Positions 11,451 to 23,180 of a stretch of DNA of 64,000 nucleotides are shown here, in pieces (position 1 is the first letter of the stretch; the number at the start of each line of letters is the position of its first letter). Made by a program: the position numbers and the translations under genes. Location: NCBI GenBank assembly GCA_964234715.1, contig OZ174283.1. The stretch is one strand, 5' to 3'. The notes beneath the pieces were generated by a model that saw only the letters and a program-made list of their open reading frames with translations, did no database searches and was not told the origin of the DNA. The stretch is from Podarcis melisellensis (taxonomy: Eukaryota).

Positions 11451-12269
11451 GAGACCTCGTTACTATGTGACATGGATCCCTTTTTTGACCTTTGTCTTCC
11501 TTGATTTTTAGAAGGCAATTCTGTGTAATTTCTCATTAGAACCTTCCTCGTCAGCTTATGACTGCATGATTATGCTATGCCCCTTACAGCCTAGGGATAT
11601 TTTGCAAGGTTTCTGGGTTTGGGGAACATAAATCCAAACCATCTCTCTCCCCCCCCCTCCTTAGAGCTGGGCTGAAGTCATGGAAATAGGACTCAGTGAC
11701 TCCCCAAGCAGCTGGACAGATTAGGGTGTGGCAGGAGGTTCATCCTGCTTGGTAGCAGCCTATCATAATTATATATATTTTTTGGGGGTAAGCCTTCTAC
11801 AAAAAGGTCTGCTAGTAAGGAAAAGACTCCTAATCCTCAACACTATCATCTGAGTGCCAAGCCCCCACAAAAAAAGTTCCCCCAGGCTTTTCAGAACTGC
11901 TACCGTAAGCGTTTTTAACTTAAAGCAGTTTGATTTTACTATCTATTTAAATTAGCTGTTGCTAGTGTGCTGCTGCCCACCCCCTGTTTTCTTTGCTCCT
12001 GGCAACAGATGCATGACTCTTCCTGCCTCTTGCAGTTCAGAGAAACTGTTGGAGGGGGCAGTGGGAGGTTCTGCTGACCTTTTTAACTGTACAAGGTGGC
12101 CAAAGGGTTTTTAAATTTTGCACTGTAATAAAGTTTAAGTTGGTTGCAAGGAAAAATAAGTATAGATGTAAAAGAGAATTCCTGGCTGCCAAGGTCCAGG
12201 TTTGGAGCAAGTACTCTTTGGTGAGAGAACCCCAGCAGAGATTAAAATAACAAAATATGCAACAAAGTA

Positions 12270-12466
12270 CAGTGGTACCTCAGCTTAAGAACTAAATTCG
12301 TTCTGGAGGTCTGTTCTTAACCTGAAACTGTTCTAGCTAATGGGGCCTCCTGCTGCCGCTGCGCCGCTGCTGCACGATTTCTGTTCTCATCCTGAAGCAA
12401 AGTTCTTAACCTGTTTAAAACCTTAAATATTTCTGGGTTACCGGAGTATGTAACCTGAAGTGTATA
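12270..12466. mobile_element. Tc1/mariner MITE, right end missing
   Basis: TA followed by CAGTGGTACCTC, the TIR type of the 8975 element; no matching right TIR found. Confidence 0.75.
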
Positions 12467-12809
12467 CACCTTACTATGAGATGTGCTATCTAGCTGAAGT
12501 CTCTGTACCATTGTTGGAGTGCCATGATTGGTGACTGTTAGTTGGAATCTTTTGCTCACTTTTGGCTGCAGAGGTGAAGCATGAGATGGGGGGAACAGTC
12601 ACTCTTGTCTCTCAGTGGTGTACAATGAGAGTCTTTTTACATGTACCACCTCTTTTGCTGGCATCGTGCCATCGTCAGGGATAGGACTGAGCTGAAGCAA
12701 GCATAGGATTCTAAGCCCTACTCCTACCTGGCCACATCCCCAATGCAATCCATTCTTTCTCTTTGCAACAGTGGGTATGTTGTATTATGTCCACCTAACT
12801 GTGTTCTTA

Positions 12810-13161
12810 GGGACATGGGTGGCGCTGTGCATTAAACCACAGAGCCTAGGACTTGCTAGTCAGAAGGTCGGCGATTCGAATCCCCGCGAAGGGGTGAGCT
12901 CCCGTTGCTCGGTCCCTGCACCTGCCAACCTAGCAGTTCGAAAGCACGTCAAAGTGCAAGCAGATAAATAGGTACCACTCCAGTGGGAAGGTAAATGGTG
13001 TTTCCGTGCACTGCTCTTGGTTCACCAGAAGCAGCTTAGTCATGCTGGCCACATGACCCGGAAGCTGTACGCCAGCTCCCTCGGCCAATAAAGTGAGATG
13101 AGCACCGCAACCCCAGAGTCGGTCACGACTGGACCTAATGGTCAGGAGTCCCTTTACCTTT
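12810..13161 (+). mobile_element. Sauria SINE, full length
   Basis: tRNA-like head (A box TGGCGCTGTG, B box GATTCGAATCC), conserved body, (ACCTTT) tail; imperfect TSD TAACTGTGTTCT / TAACTGTTCT. Confidence 0.95.
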
Positions 13162-14454
13162 AACTGTTCTACAGCAGCACATACCTCTAGTGCTAGCCTA
13201 TCTTCCAAGACCCACCAGTACAATTGAAGTGGATCCTATCTATCCCCATCTAGCTGGCAAAAAGAGAGAGAGGATGTGGCAGCACTAGCATGATTCTTTA
13301 CCAGAGATTGCCCCATCCTGCCTCTCACTTCCACAAACCCATTCTCCAAGTAGTAGTGTCAATAGGACTTTGACAATTCATATGTCCCTTCACCAGCTGC
13401 TGAAAATCAGGCTCCGCAAACAGTTCTGTGGTTAATAATTAATTTTGAAATCTATTGCACAGCAAAGAAGGCTTCAATTCTTTTCTGAAGCTGAAAGAGA
13501 AGGATTGTTTGCTTAGAAACTTTTATCCTGTGGAAAATAAATGATCTACGGTAAAAGCTTTCTGACTTTTAATTTGTGCCAAACATATATTTCTTTCTGC
13601 ATTCTTTAGTTTCCCTAAAAAAAAAAGAGAGCAGAGGAGGTACCTTTTGAATGGGTGTTTGATTATTATTCTGGCAAAAGTGATTGAAATATGTTTTTTT
13701 AAAAAAAATCAGCATCAGTAGAATTTGAGGGAGGAGAAAAAGCAACTGTTCTTCTTTTGCATAATCTCAAATCCTGAATTATGTATTGTTTTCACAATTT
13801 TTGCCAATTTTTTAAATTAAAAAATCTATAAAATGTTGGTCTCATAGCAACTGGTCAGGCTTGCATGTGCTGACACATCTGTTTTCCTTGTTTGGGAAGT
13901 GGTTACATTTTTAGCTTTATTTCGTTTAAACAGCCTTGTTGTGAATGGGGAATCAATTTCAGGAGAGGGTGTGAAAGGCTTGTCCTGGAGTCTTTTTTGC
14001 AACAGATATCTCGGCAATTAGGGTCATAGGAAGCTGTCTTATGCCATTGATCCATTGGACTTGGTATTGCATGGTAGGAGACAGCAGGCTTCTGAATATC
14101 GTTAGCTGGAACCTGCAGGAGGGGAGACTGCTGTTGGACTCAGGTTCTGCTTACAGGCATCTGGTTGGCCACCCTGAGAACAGGCTACTGGATTAGATGC
14201 AGGGCTGTCCCATCTATTAGGCAAGGAGAGCCAGTGTGGTGTAGTGGTTAAGAGCGGTAGACTCGTAATCTGGTGAACCGGGTTCGCTTCCCCGCTCCTC
14301 CACATGCAGCTGTTTGGATGACCTTGGGCTAGTCACACTTCTCTGAAGTCTTTCAGTCTCACTCACCTCACAGAGTGTTTGTTGTGGGGGAGGAAGGGAA
14401 AGGAGAATGTTAGCCGCTTTGAGACTCCTTTGGGTAATGATAAAGCGGGATATC

Positions 14455-14956
14455 TAGACAGCATCTTGAGAAGTAGAGACATCACCTTGCCAACAAAGGT
14501 TCGTATAGTTAAAGCTATGGTTTTCCCAGTAGTGATGTATGGAAGTGAGAGCTGGACCATAAAGAAGGCTGATCGCCGAAGAATTGATGCTTTTGAATTA
14601 TGGTGCTGGAGGAGACTCTTGAGAGTCCCATGGACTGCAAGAAGATCAAACCTCTCCATACTGAAGGAAATCAACCCTGAGTGCTCACTGGAAGGACAGA
14701 TTGTGAAGCTGAGGCTCCAGTACTTTGGCCCCCTCATGAGAAGAGAAGACTCCCTGGAGAAGACCCTGATGTTGGGAAAGATGGAGGGCACAAGGAGAAG
14801 GGGGCGACAGAGGACGAGATGGCTGGATAGTGTTTTCGAGGTTACCAGCATGAGTTTGACCAAACTGCGGGAGGCAGTGGAGGACAGAGGTGCCTGGCGT
14901 TCTCTGGTCCATGGGGTCACGAAGAGTCGGACACGACTAAACGACTAAACAACAAC
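14455..14956 (+). mobile_element. BovB (RTE-clade LINE), 5'-truncated 3' fragment with intact reading frame
   Basis: LDSILRSRDITLPTKVRIVKAMVFPVVMYGSESWTIKKADRRRIDAFELWCWRRLLRVPWTARRSN...HGVTKSRTRLND is the BovB ORF C-terminus; (CAA)n tail; perfect 13-bp TSD AAAGCGGGATATC (14442-14454, 14957-14969). Confidence 0.97.
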
Positions 14957-14978
14957 AAAGCGGGATATCCAATCCAAA

Positions 14979-15065
14979 CTCCTCCTCCTCCTCCTCCTCC
15001 TCCTCCTCCTCCTCCTCTTCTTCTTCTTCTTCTTCTTCTTCTTCTTCTTCTTCTTCTTCTTCTTC
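14979..15065. repeat. Compound (CCT)n(CTT)n microsatellite
   Basis: Seen directly; forms the SINE tail. Confidence 0.97.
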
Positions 15066-15292
15066 AACTGTCTTGGGCAGCAGGATCAACAGGGGCAGCA
15101 GATTCCAGTGTAGATCTTTATTTCCACCCTTGTTCCTGATTTAGATCTTCATTCACGCTTTCTTCCCCAGTAGAGAGGGGAATGCCAATTTGTAGTTTGC
15201 CTCAGGTGCCAAAATGTCTTGGGCTTACCCTCACTGGATGGGCCATTGGCCTGATCCAGCAGACTGTTCTTATGTATTTACATATTATGTAT

Positions 15293-15365
15293 CAGAGATG
15301 GGGGACCTGTGGCCCTGCAGATGTTGTTGGATGCAGCTCAGATCATTCCTAACCCAGTGGATGGG
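15293..15365 (+). mobile_element. hAT MITE left-end fragment
   Basis: CAGAGATGGGGGACCTGTGGCCCTGCAGATGTTG resembles the starts at 45168 and 57227. Confidence 0.55.
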
Positions 15366-16950
15366 TGCTTCCTGGTCTAAGAGGAGTGACAGCAGCAGCA
15401 ATACAACCACCATACAAATATATGATCATTAAAAAAAAGGGGGTCCCCAAATTCACATTCAGCCTGATCTGAAAAGTTTATAATCTACTGATCTTGAGCT
15501 GAATGGCAGCAGTTCACCATGGGCTTCTGGTAGAAATTTTTCCCAGTCTACCTGGAGAGGCTAGCGAAGAAGGGCAGAAGGGCCGAGATACCATGCAGGC
15601 CTCAGGTTTGCTCATGTAATGTCGTGGCCGGGTGTTACATGGAAACCAAGCCTTTTATGTCTGCTTCTTGCCACTTATGCAGTGTTCCCATTTCGCACCA
15701 CAGGAAGCTTCAGGGCCTTATCCATTTTGCTCTTTCAACAGCTCCCATTTATTTTATTATTATGAAGAAGAAAAATTATGACAAAGAGGAAGGAGATTTT
15801 ACAGGTGAGCTGTTTGAGGCGACATTGTATTCTCCTTTTCCTTAACTCCAATTAAGGACAGTCTGCAGAACCACTTTCCTGCCGTGATTTAGAGGAGCCC
15901 CAATAAGATGTGCCATTTCCATGTGCGGCTGACCTTTATTTTTAAAGCCTGCACTTAAAGATCAGCGCCAGACGCAGGTTGGCTTTATGTATGTCTTAAT
16001 AAGGTACAGATGGCTCTGATTTCCATTACAACTCTTTATTTAAAAAATGTTCCACTACATTTATTTTGTGTTTGTTCCTTTTAATATTTATACCCTTTTA
16101 TTGCTCCAGTTGCATGAAATTCAAAGGCCTCAGGTTTAGTTGTAATCCAACCACAGGCCCATGAGCTTGGCTGCTGATTTGCATAAGAGCCTTATGCATC
16201 AGCAGCTAATTCTGTGAATGCTGTCTGTCTGAGAGGCTGATTTTGTTCTCAGAGTGAAAAGAACGAAAGTCTGTTCTTCATTTTCAACATGGAAAAAAAA
16301 TGTGGCAGAGAGAGCTTCAAAGTGATTCATTATTCTGTATTAAATTTTAGATTATGGGAAAAAAATATGCCACACGTTTCAGTGAATATGCATTTATTAT
16401 TCATGTGTATCAGGACAGCAGTTTACAAGTGTGTCATTTCTTTTTAATTCACGTATTCACAATAAACAACTTTTTTATATTAAAAAATGTGATGGGTTGC
16501 TGTTTGACTTGGCTATTTCCAGGAAACACTGAAACCATCAGTCCAGGGAGGTTTCCTCCGTATCCCCACAACGCAAAACAAAAGAGAATACAGATTTGCA
16601 TAATAGTTGCAAGTGTTGCATTATATACAGAGATGCAAATTCAGAAATGATTCCAATAATTTAAATGACGATTCTGTGCATCTCATCACATTGGGAAAAG
16701 GTTGCCTGCTCAGTCCACTGTCCGGATGCCAAATACTGATGGGCAACTTCAGGTAAGGCTGGGAAAGAAACCCATCAGGAATCCTGGAGAGCCACTGCCA
16801 GTCAATGTAGACAATGAGCTAGGTACAAAAAAATTATACCTTCAGTTTTTTGCTAACTCCAGTTAGAATCTCTCCAAAGGCTCGCTTGCTCTCTCCCAAC
16901 TGCTGAGGGCCAAACTAGATATCCAATTATTACCTACATAACATGGCTAT

Positions 16951-17197
16951 TGTTATGTACTGAAGTTCTCACCCTGGGCCAGCAGGGGAATACTGTAGAT
17001 AGTTATTCAAATAAGGGATTGAAAGTGATGTTCAGTGATTGGATAGTTTTAGAAAATTGTTACAGTTACGTTGTACTGGAGCTCTATATAAGCAGGCTGA
17101 CTGAACCCTTCAGTTCAGTTCTGTTCTGGCCTGTGAATAAACAAGAGCTGTTTGAAGAATCGCTGTGTCGTCTGATATGTTCACCCACAACTTAACA
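16951..17197 (+). mobile_element. Solo LTR (247 bp)
   Basis: TGTTA...TAACA termini, perfect 5-bp TSD GCTAT, TATA box TATATAA (17085-17091), AATAAA (17136-17141). Confidence 0.92.
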
Positions 17198-18453
17198 GCT
17201 ATATCTTGTTCTTCTTTAAATAATTACTGGTGTGTGGAGTCTGATTCTTACTGGGAAAGCAGTGCATGGAGTGGAGAGGCTTATCTCTTCAGTCGCCCAC
17301 TGCAATCTGAACAGAGTTCAGCTTCTACACCTCCACACTGACTTTGAGCCTTAGAAAAAGAGTCTTCATTGGTGCCAGTGGGAAGGGTGGGAAATCTCCC
17401 CTTTGAAAATGGGGGGAGGGGGCTGAAGAGACAATTGTCCCTCTCCATCTGCTGCCTTCCCTAATAAGACCTGTTGTTGATTTAAGAAAAACAAGGCAAG
17501 AAGCTGCCTTCTACACATTGATCACATGGCAAATTGGGCTCACATTCCACAATAAGTATTTCTCCGGGCCACACCTTTGCAGATGAATTGCCCATTGAGG
17601 GAGTTGTTGTTGTTGTTATTTTTATTTAATTGTTTAATTGCTTAATTATATAACACCCTTCATCTGAGGATCATGCGGGGGTTTACAGTATAAATAATAT
17701 TTTTGTACTGTATGACAAAGGCATAACTCCCTTTGGAGTTGGACAAAGCTATAGTGATAAGCCCATTCATGATAAGAAAGCGAGCAACATGTTCAGTTTA
17801 GAACACCAGCATATTCTCCATATCAAAGCCTAAAAGGAGCTCAGTTGGGTACCCTTGTCTGGCACCACACGCCTCTTTAACTTCAGTCCCTTGTTCCTTG
17901 ATGCTCCTGTTTAGGAAACAGAAACAATAATAACCAAAACCAAAATAAATAATGGATGCATGAGTTCATCTCAGGATGCAAAAGCTAGAGTCAGAGGAAG
18001 AGCACTGGATTTTCAGCGCCAGCAAGCTCGTGCTTGAGGAAGACTGCAAAAAGCAGCAACAGAAGAGCCCTTGGCACTTTGAGAGCACGTTTTGGGCAGG
18101 CCACTTCAGCACACCAGGGGCTGCAGCAGTGACCCGCAGTGAAGAAGCCAACGTGAGCACAACTAATTGCTCAAGCACCAACAGCACCACTGCTTGCAAC
18201 CATCGGCCCTAAGTGGCAACTAAATGTGCTGTCAGGCCATTTTGAGGGACGATGGACTACGGACACGTTCCTTTGCAAACAGCACATTTTCAGCCTAAGC
18301 TTCCTTTTATCATTGCAGCAACATACAGAATAATTTTCTTCAGTAAACAAAGCAGCACACAGAGGGAAGGGTAAAAGGAACACCTCCACAACACAGCAAC
18401 AGAAAATAAAACCCATAGCTAAGACTTTAATGCTAACAGTATTTCCTAAAGAA

Positions 18454-18888
18454 GAAGGGATGGAGGGATTAGTTTCAATTCACATTTAAAGGCAAATCTT
18501 TCTAATCTGTACTTTCTGAAAAAATATGAGAACTAAAACATCCCAATTTGCACTTCTCTGAATTTTGCAATCCCGTTCTCTAGCCAATTAGTATGTATGT
18601 AAATACATATACTAGGGCAAAGTGTTCATATAAATGCATATCTTAATACAAATGAAATCTAACAATGCATTGCTTTGGGGAAAACTGTGTTGCAAAATGT
18701 GCAAATTAGGTAAAATTACATAGAAATGTGTACATTAGGAGAAATTTGCACTAAAATGCTGCTGAATTTTCATGTGAAGTTTTAAAGAAAATAATTCACA
18801 AACTGCTGAGGAAGTGTGGAGAACTGAACTTAAGAATGGAAAGATGAGAAACTGAAAAATACTGAAATTGACAAATTCATCATCCCTT
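18454..18888 (+). mobile_element. AT-rich non-autonomous hAT-like element (AGGGATG termini), full length
   Basis: Inverted termini AAGGGATG / CATCCCTT; near-match TSD CTAAAGAA / CTAAGGAA; related copies at 22824, 30766, 35952, 39443 and 54385. Confidence 0.7.
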
Positions 18889-19098
18889 CTAAGGAATAAG
18901 TCCTATTGAACTTAGTGGGACTTATTCTGAGCAAGCATGCTTAGGCTTGCAATATAATGATAAAACTCAGTAGTGTAACAGGACAACAACGGAGAGGAAT
19001 GTATCTCTTGTACTTTTTAACAGTCGGAGCAACGATGTTACCTGCCGGAGTGGTATTTACCAATGTTGTAAGCTTGGGGAGGGAGGGACTGATTCCTT

Positions 19099-19715
19099 TG
19101 TTAGGTAGTCTAGTGTAGCATCATGGAAACACAGGATTCAGGCAGTTGGTAACAGGAACAGTCTTTATTATTGAGTAGCAGAATGGAGTTTTGTTATGGC
19201 TGTTGCTGATGCACTTTTAAAAGCCTCTACAGAAACCCCAGAGGGACAAAACTAGGGCTGACCATTAGCAAAAACCCAAATGATTGTTTTCATGCATTGC
19301 ATAATAGGTTCGTTCAGGTGGTGTTGGTCCAAGGTCACACAGCATCTCATTCATATATAAATACACAAACACAAAACACAAGTGATTGTTTTTTGGATTC
19401 CTCAAGGGGATGAGGCTATGGGAGGTGTCAGGATGGTTCCTGAATTTAAAATTTTCCCGCTTCATTTCTGGTGAAGCTGCAATAACTGGGGTGGGGGAGA
19501 GACTCAAAACCATCAAATAGACCCACCTTTATCAAATAGTTCACACATAAATATCTAGTAAGAGGGAGAAGGAGAAGGTGGTGCAATTTGGCAAACCAGA
19601 GTAGATTTTTTAGAGAGATGATTTGGCCCTGGACTCAACGGTGTGATTCATTCTACTGATTTCCATAGTTCCTCCGTGTGAAAATCTCAACATGAAAGAA
19701 ACTTTCCCCCTAACA
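19099..19715 (-). mobile_element. Possible solo LTR
   Basis: TGTTAGG...CCTAACA inverted ends and a minus-strand AATAAA near 19165, but no matching TSD. Confidence 0.3.
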
Positions 19716-19847
19716 ATGTTCTAGTTCAGTCAGTCATGATTATTGTGTAAATTGAGTCTGTAAAATTGTGTCTTACAGTTTCACAGCTGGGAGAAGAATT
19801 TTTTTCCTCATGAAAGGTGATGGAGCATTGAGCCAGATTATCACATG

Positions 19848-19850
<3 letters not shown>

Positions 19851-19899
<49 letters not shown>
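19851..19899. repeat. (CT)n microsatellite
   Basis: Seen directly. Confidence 0.98.
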
Positions 19900-19909
<10 letters not shown>

Positions 19910-22900
19910 ATAAACTTCAACTTCATTTTTACATTTATTTATGTTAGACAACTTCACTACCTCCCTTACTTTTAAGTAGAAAATACTTTCTTACCCACCT
20001 ATGAACACTAAGCACTCTATGGTTAGTGTTTCAGTCCTAGATTAGGACCCAGTTTTCCTATCTCTAAGTATGTATGATCCTTTGTACAATTTAGCCCTGA
20101 TCAGCTAGCTGTTTTCTTCTTGCCTGCTCTAATCTGTCCACCCACCCCACCCGTATACATACACCTATCCATTGCAGGAAAAAATAGAGTCATTCCCAAA
20201 CAACTTGTTTAATGGCCAACTATTGTTTGATCTCAGGAAGTTCACTGCTTTTGGAGCACTGCTTATTACAGAAAGATAGGATAATGTAATAGATGGGGTA
20301 ATTTTGGCTTTTCCTATATTAAAAGAAACAAATTATTATCACCATAAACAGAAATAGGCCATACATATCTACTTTCTAACATTTATATGTTTATTCTCCA
20401 CAGTGATATTCCTTAATTGATCTGATACTTGGATTCAACAGCCATGCTCACAGTTTTGTCACTGTGAATATTCCTGCTGTGCTCAGCCTATTTGTTTTTT
20501 CTCTCAGTCAATCCCTGTGGTCGGCAAAGTGAATCCTGTCACATTCATCCGTGTGTGCTGAAGAAACAACAGATAGCCTCTGAAGTGAACTGAGATATTC
20601 TGGACAACTGGCTGTCATTGGATCTGACAGAAGGCCCTTCAATTATTGAGCCTGCTAAGGACATCTATGTCAAACATAGATAGCAGCCTTTCTGTATGCC
20701 TTTGTTGCAGCTTCCTTCTAGTATGTGTGGAACTTCTGCCACATCATCATGCTGAACTTTATACCCCTTAAAATGGGTTATCTGAAATGTGTCAATACGG
20801 CATTAACTGTTGGAAGAAACAAACACAACTGCATATCTTTCCCTACTTCATTCTGAATCTTGATCCTTCGTTCTAATTGAACAAAATATCCTCATTAGTG
20901 TCAATTTAGCATAGAGAACTAGAGGGGGGGAATCACAAAGATAGTTCCCCATGCAAAACAAACATTTTCGGGTGTTTCTTTTGAAACCCTTGAAACCTAG
21001 TATTTTATCCAACTCTTCCGTTTCTCTGAAAAGAAAAACTGAAGATTCTGTCTTACAAATATCTAACCATTTGAAAATGAAGTATTAAAGTCACTGCGTG
21101 ACCCACCCCCTTAAAACTTGAATTGGTTCAAAATGTACATGCATTCTTCCAAGTTCCATCAACCAAATATAGTGTAATAAAGTACAGTTGAGAGCTGGTG
21201 GCTGAAAGTGGGATCCCTGACCTGTCAATGCCCCAAATTCATTAAATGGCATTAGGCAAGCCACTGTTATCTTGCGGCCTAATTAGATGTTACACAAAAG
21301 CACATGAATTGAAGTCCTAATGGCAGTTTTCAGGAGGGGGCAGTTTTGAGCAGAGAAATGGCACTGTAGGGTAGCTTAACCCTTTCTCTGTCACCTCTTT
21401 TCCCACTTCAAATTGCCTGGAGCTGGTTTCTCCACTCTGGGATTCCAGACACATAAAATAGCTCTCCGCCCTGCAATGTATAAATAATACTGCCCAACCT
21501 TACAGTGCTATTGTATGGATTACTGAAATATTGTATATGATAACTACTGTTATTATTATATTATTAATATTTTTAAATTCTTTTATGTCCAATACCATTT
21601 AGATAATCAGAAGCTGAAAAACAACTAGGTATAGTAGCAACAAATGACTATAATGACATGGATCTTAATTTACTTAATGTATCCTGCCTCTCTCCCATCA
21701 GGAGGAAGCATGCATAGAGTTCCCAGGTTGTCTTCCAAGCAGATATTGAAGAGACTCAGCTTTAGTATATTCACATTTTTAAACCATGCCTTGGAGAAGG
21801 GGTGGAGAACTTTTACAGGTGGGCAGGGCTGCTTACCTGTCAACGACCAAATCTGAAGGCTAAGAGTGAGACCATGCCTATCTGCGCATGGGGCAGGAGT
21901 GTCAGGAAACAACAAATCTGATTAGTCAGGAATTTGAATGAGCGGACTTCAGAGAACAGAGGTTCTGCTGTTGTTCTAAAGTTAGATTTCACATGTGCAC
22001 ATACCCTCCTGCAGTTTAGTTTGTTTGTTTTTGCTTACTGCTTCGAAGGAAGGGCATCTATAAAGCCTTCCTTGGAGTTTTGAAGCACATTACAGCCTTT
22101 TCAGTTCATCCCTTTATCAGACAACAGTCTTCCAAATTTGATGCACACTTTAACACCTCAAAATATCTTTCACTCATTTATTTTTTATTTTTAAATAAAG
22201 TATTTGCTGAAGCCTTTTCAAGCAACTTAGATAAAAACCTGAGCTTGGCACAAACACAAAAAAATGCAATTCTGCTTTGTGGAGGAATGACAGAGTAATA
22301 TGCATATCACAGTGCTGCAGATGTCTTGTCACACAAAAATCACATTTTCCAGTCTAAACTTTATTTGCTTTTAACACTTCCTTTTAAAAGCATTTGTTAT
22401 TCCTTAATGTTTTACAGATATTAAATTCCATAACAAGATTATCCATCTTCTCAGTGTTTGCATAAAATTTCTAATTCTAAAAATGTAAATGGAAGTAAAA
22501 TAAGCTGAAGCTATGAAACAATGAAGACAGTGGTACAAAATCTGACTTCTAAAAATATGTCACCGCTGACAGTTCTTGGTGTATCAGATGGGCTCTTTCA
22601 GTCCACAACTAGATTATTATTTTTGAGGGAACAATGGGATCATCTTCTGCTTTAACACTGCCCTGGCACTATCCCTAATTCAGCAATGCAGAAATATAAT
22701 GTTGATTGTCAATGTCCCTACTTTCCCGTTTCAGTACTCATCATGGAGAACTCAGCAGGGGGGAGAAGGATACAGCCTGGTTCTCTGAGTTCTTGGCCTG
22801 TTGGATGGGGTGGTAGCTGATAGTGATGGGGACAAAATAAGATTAAGTTCACATTTTAAAACTAACCCACCTAATTTGTATTTTCCAAAACAACATGTGA

Positions 22901-22999
22901 ACTGAAATAGAGCCATTCTCAAAAATTCATACTTTCCCAAAAAAATTAATTCAGTTACAGGGTGGACAGAAACTCCTTGTTACAACACCCCCATTTCAG

Positions 23000-23180
23000 A
23001 CACAATTCAAAAGTGCTGGTTATTACCCATAAAGCCCTGTGTGACTTGAACCCCTGGCTATTTGAAGGATTATCTCCCTCTATGAGCCTGCCCAGGCTTT
23101 GAGAACATCTGTCTGTCCCACCACCTTCAAAGGTACATTGAGTGAAGACAAAAGAGAGGGGCTTCTCAGATTTCATGGGA
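23000..23180 (+). mobile_element. L2 3' remnant
   Basis: AATTCAAAAGTGCTGGTTATTACCCATAAAGCCCTG resembles the L2 segment at 11228. Confidence 0.65.

Larger units (their letters stand above)
14225..15065 (+). mobile_element. Young tRNA-derived MIR/CORE-like SINE, interrupted by BovB, with expanded simple-repeat tail
   Basis: A box TGGTGTAGTGG, B box GGTTCGCTTCC, CORE-like TGACCTTGGGCTAGTCAC; resumes after BovB with AAAGCGGGATATCCAATCCAAAC and (CCT)n(CTT)n. Confidence 0.85.
14200..15232 (+). mobile_element. hAT MITE (CAGGGCCAGCCC family) interrupted by a SINE and BovB
   Basis: Termini CAGGGCTGTCCC / GGGCTTACCCTC; 8-bp TSD ATTAGATG / ACTGGATG; pieces 14200-14224 and 15066-15232 rejoin to match the copy at 34107. 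Confidence 0.75.
14100..15275 (+). mobile_element. CR1-like 3'UTR remnant split by nested insertions (pieces ~14100-14199 and 15233-15275)
   Basis: ...GGCCACCCTGAGAACAGGCTACTGGATTAGATG resumes as ACTGGATGGGCCATTGGCCTGATCCAGCAG...TTCTTATG; inverted relative at ~31105-31330. Confidence 0.65.

Noticed and set aside
11524-12252. LTR-like block with AATAAA near its right end (similar vague blocks at ~28710, ~34330, ~52680, ~54600)
   Set aside because: Termini and TSD cannot be defined from the sequence alone.
14379-14948. 189-aa ORF, the longest in the window, and its antisense ORF 14363-14920
   Set aside because: Starts at TTG inside a SINE and runs into the BovB C-terminus; a retroelement remnant, not a host gene.
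14225-14956. SINE head plus BovB tail as a new Pol III-driven composite SINE
   Set aside because: TTTT runs at 14521-14524 and ~14591 should end Pol III transcription before the BovB tail, and the TSD shows simple nesting.
17966-18212. Overlapping 77-78 aa ORFs on both strands
   Set aside because: No recognisable domain and no convincing splice pair.
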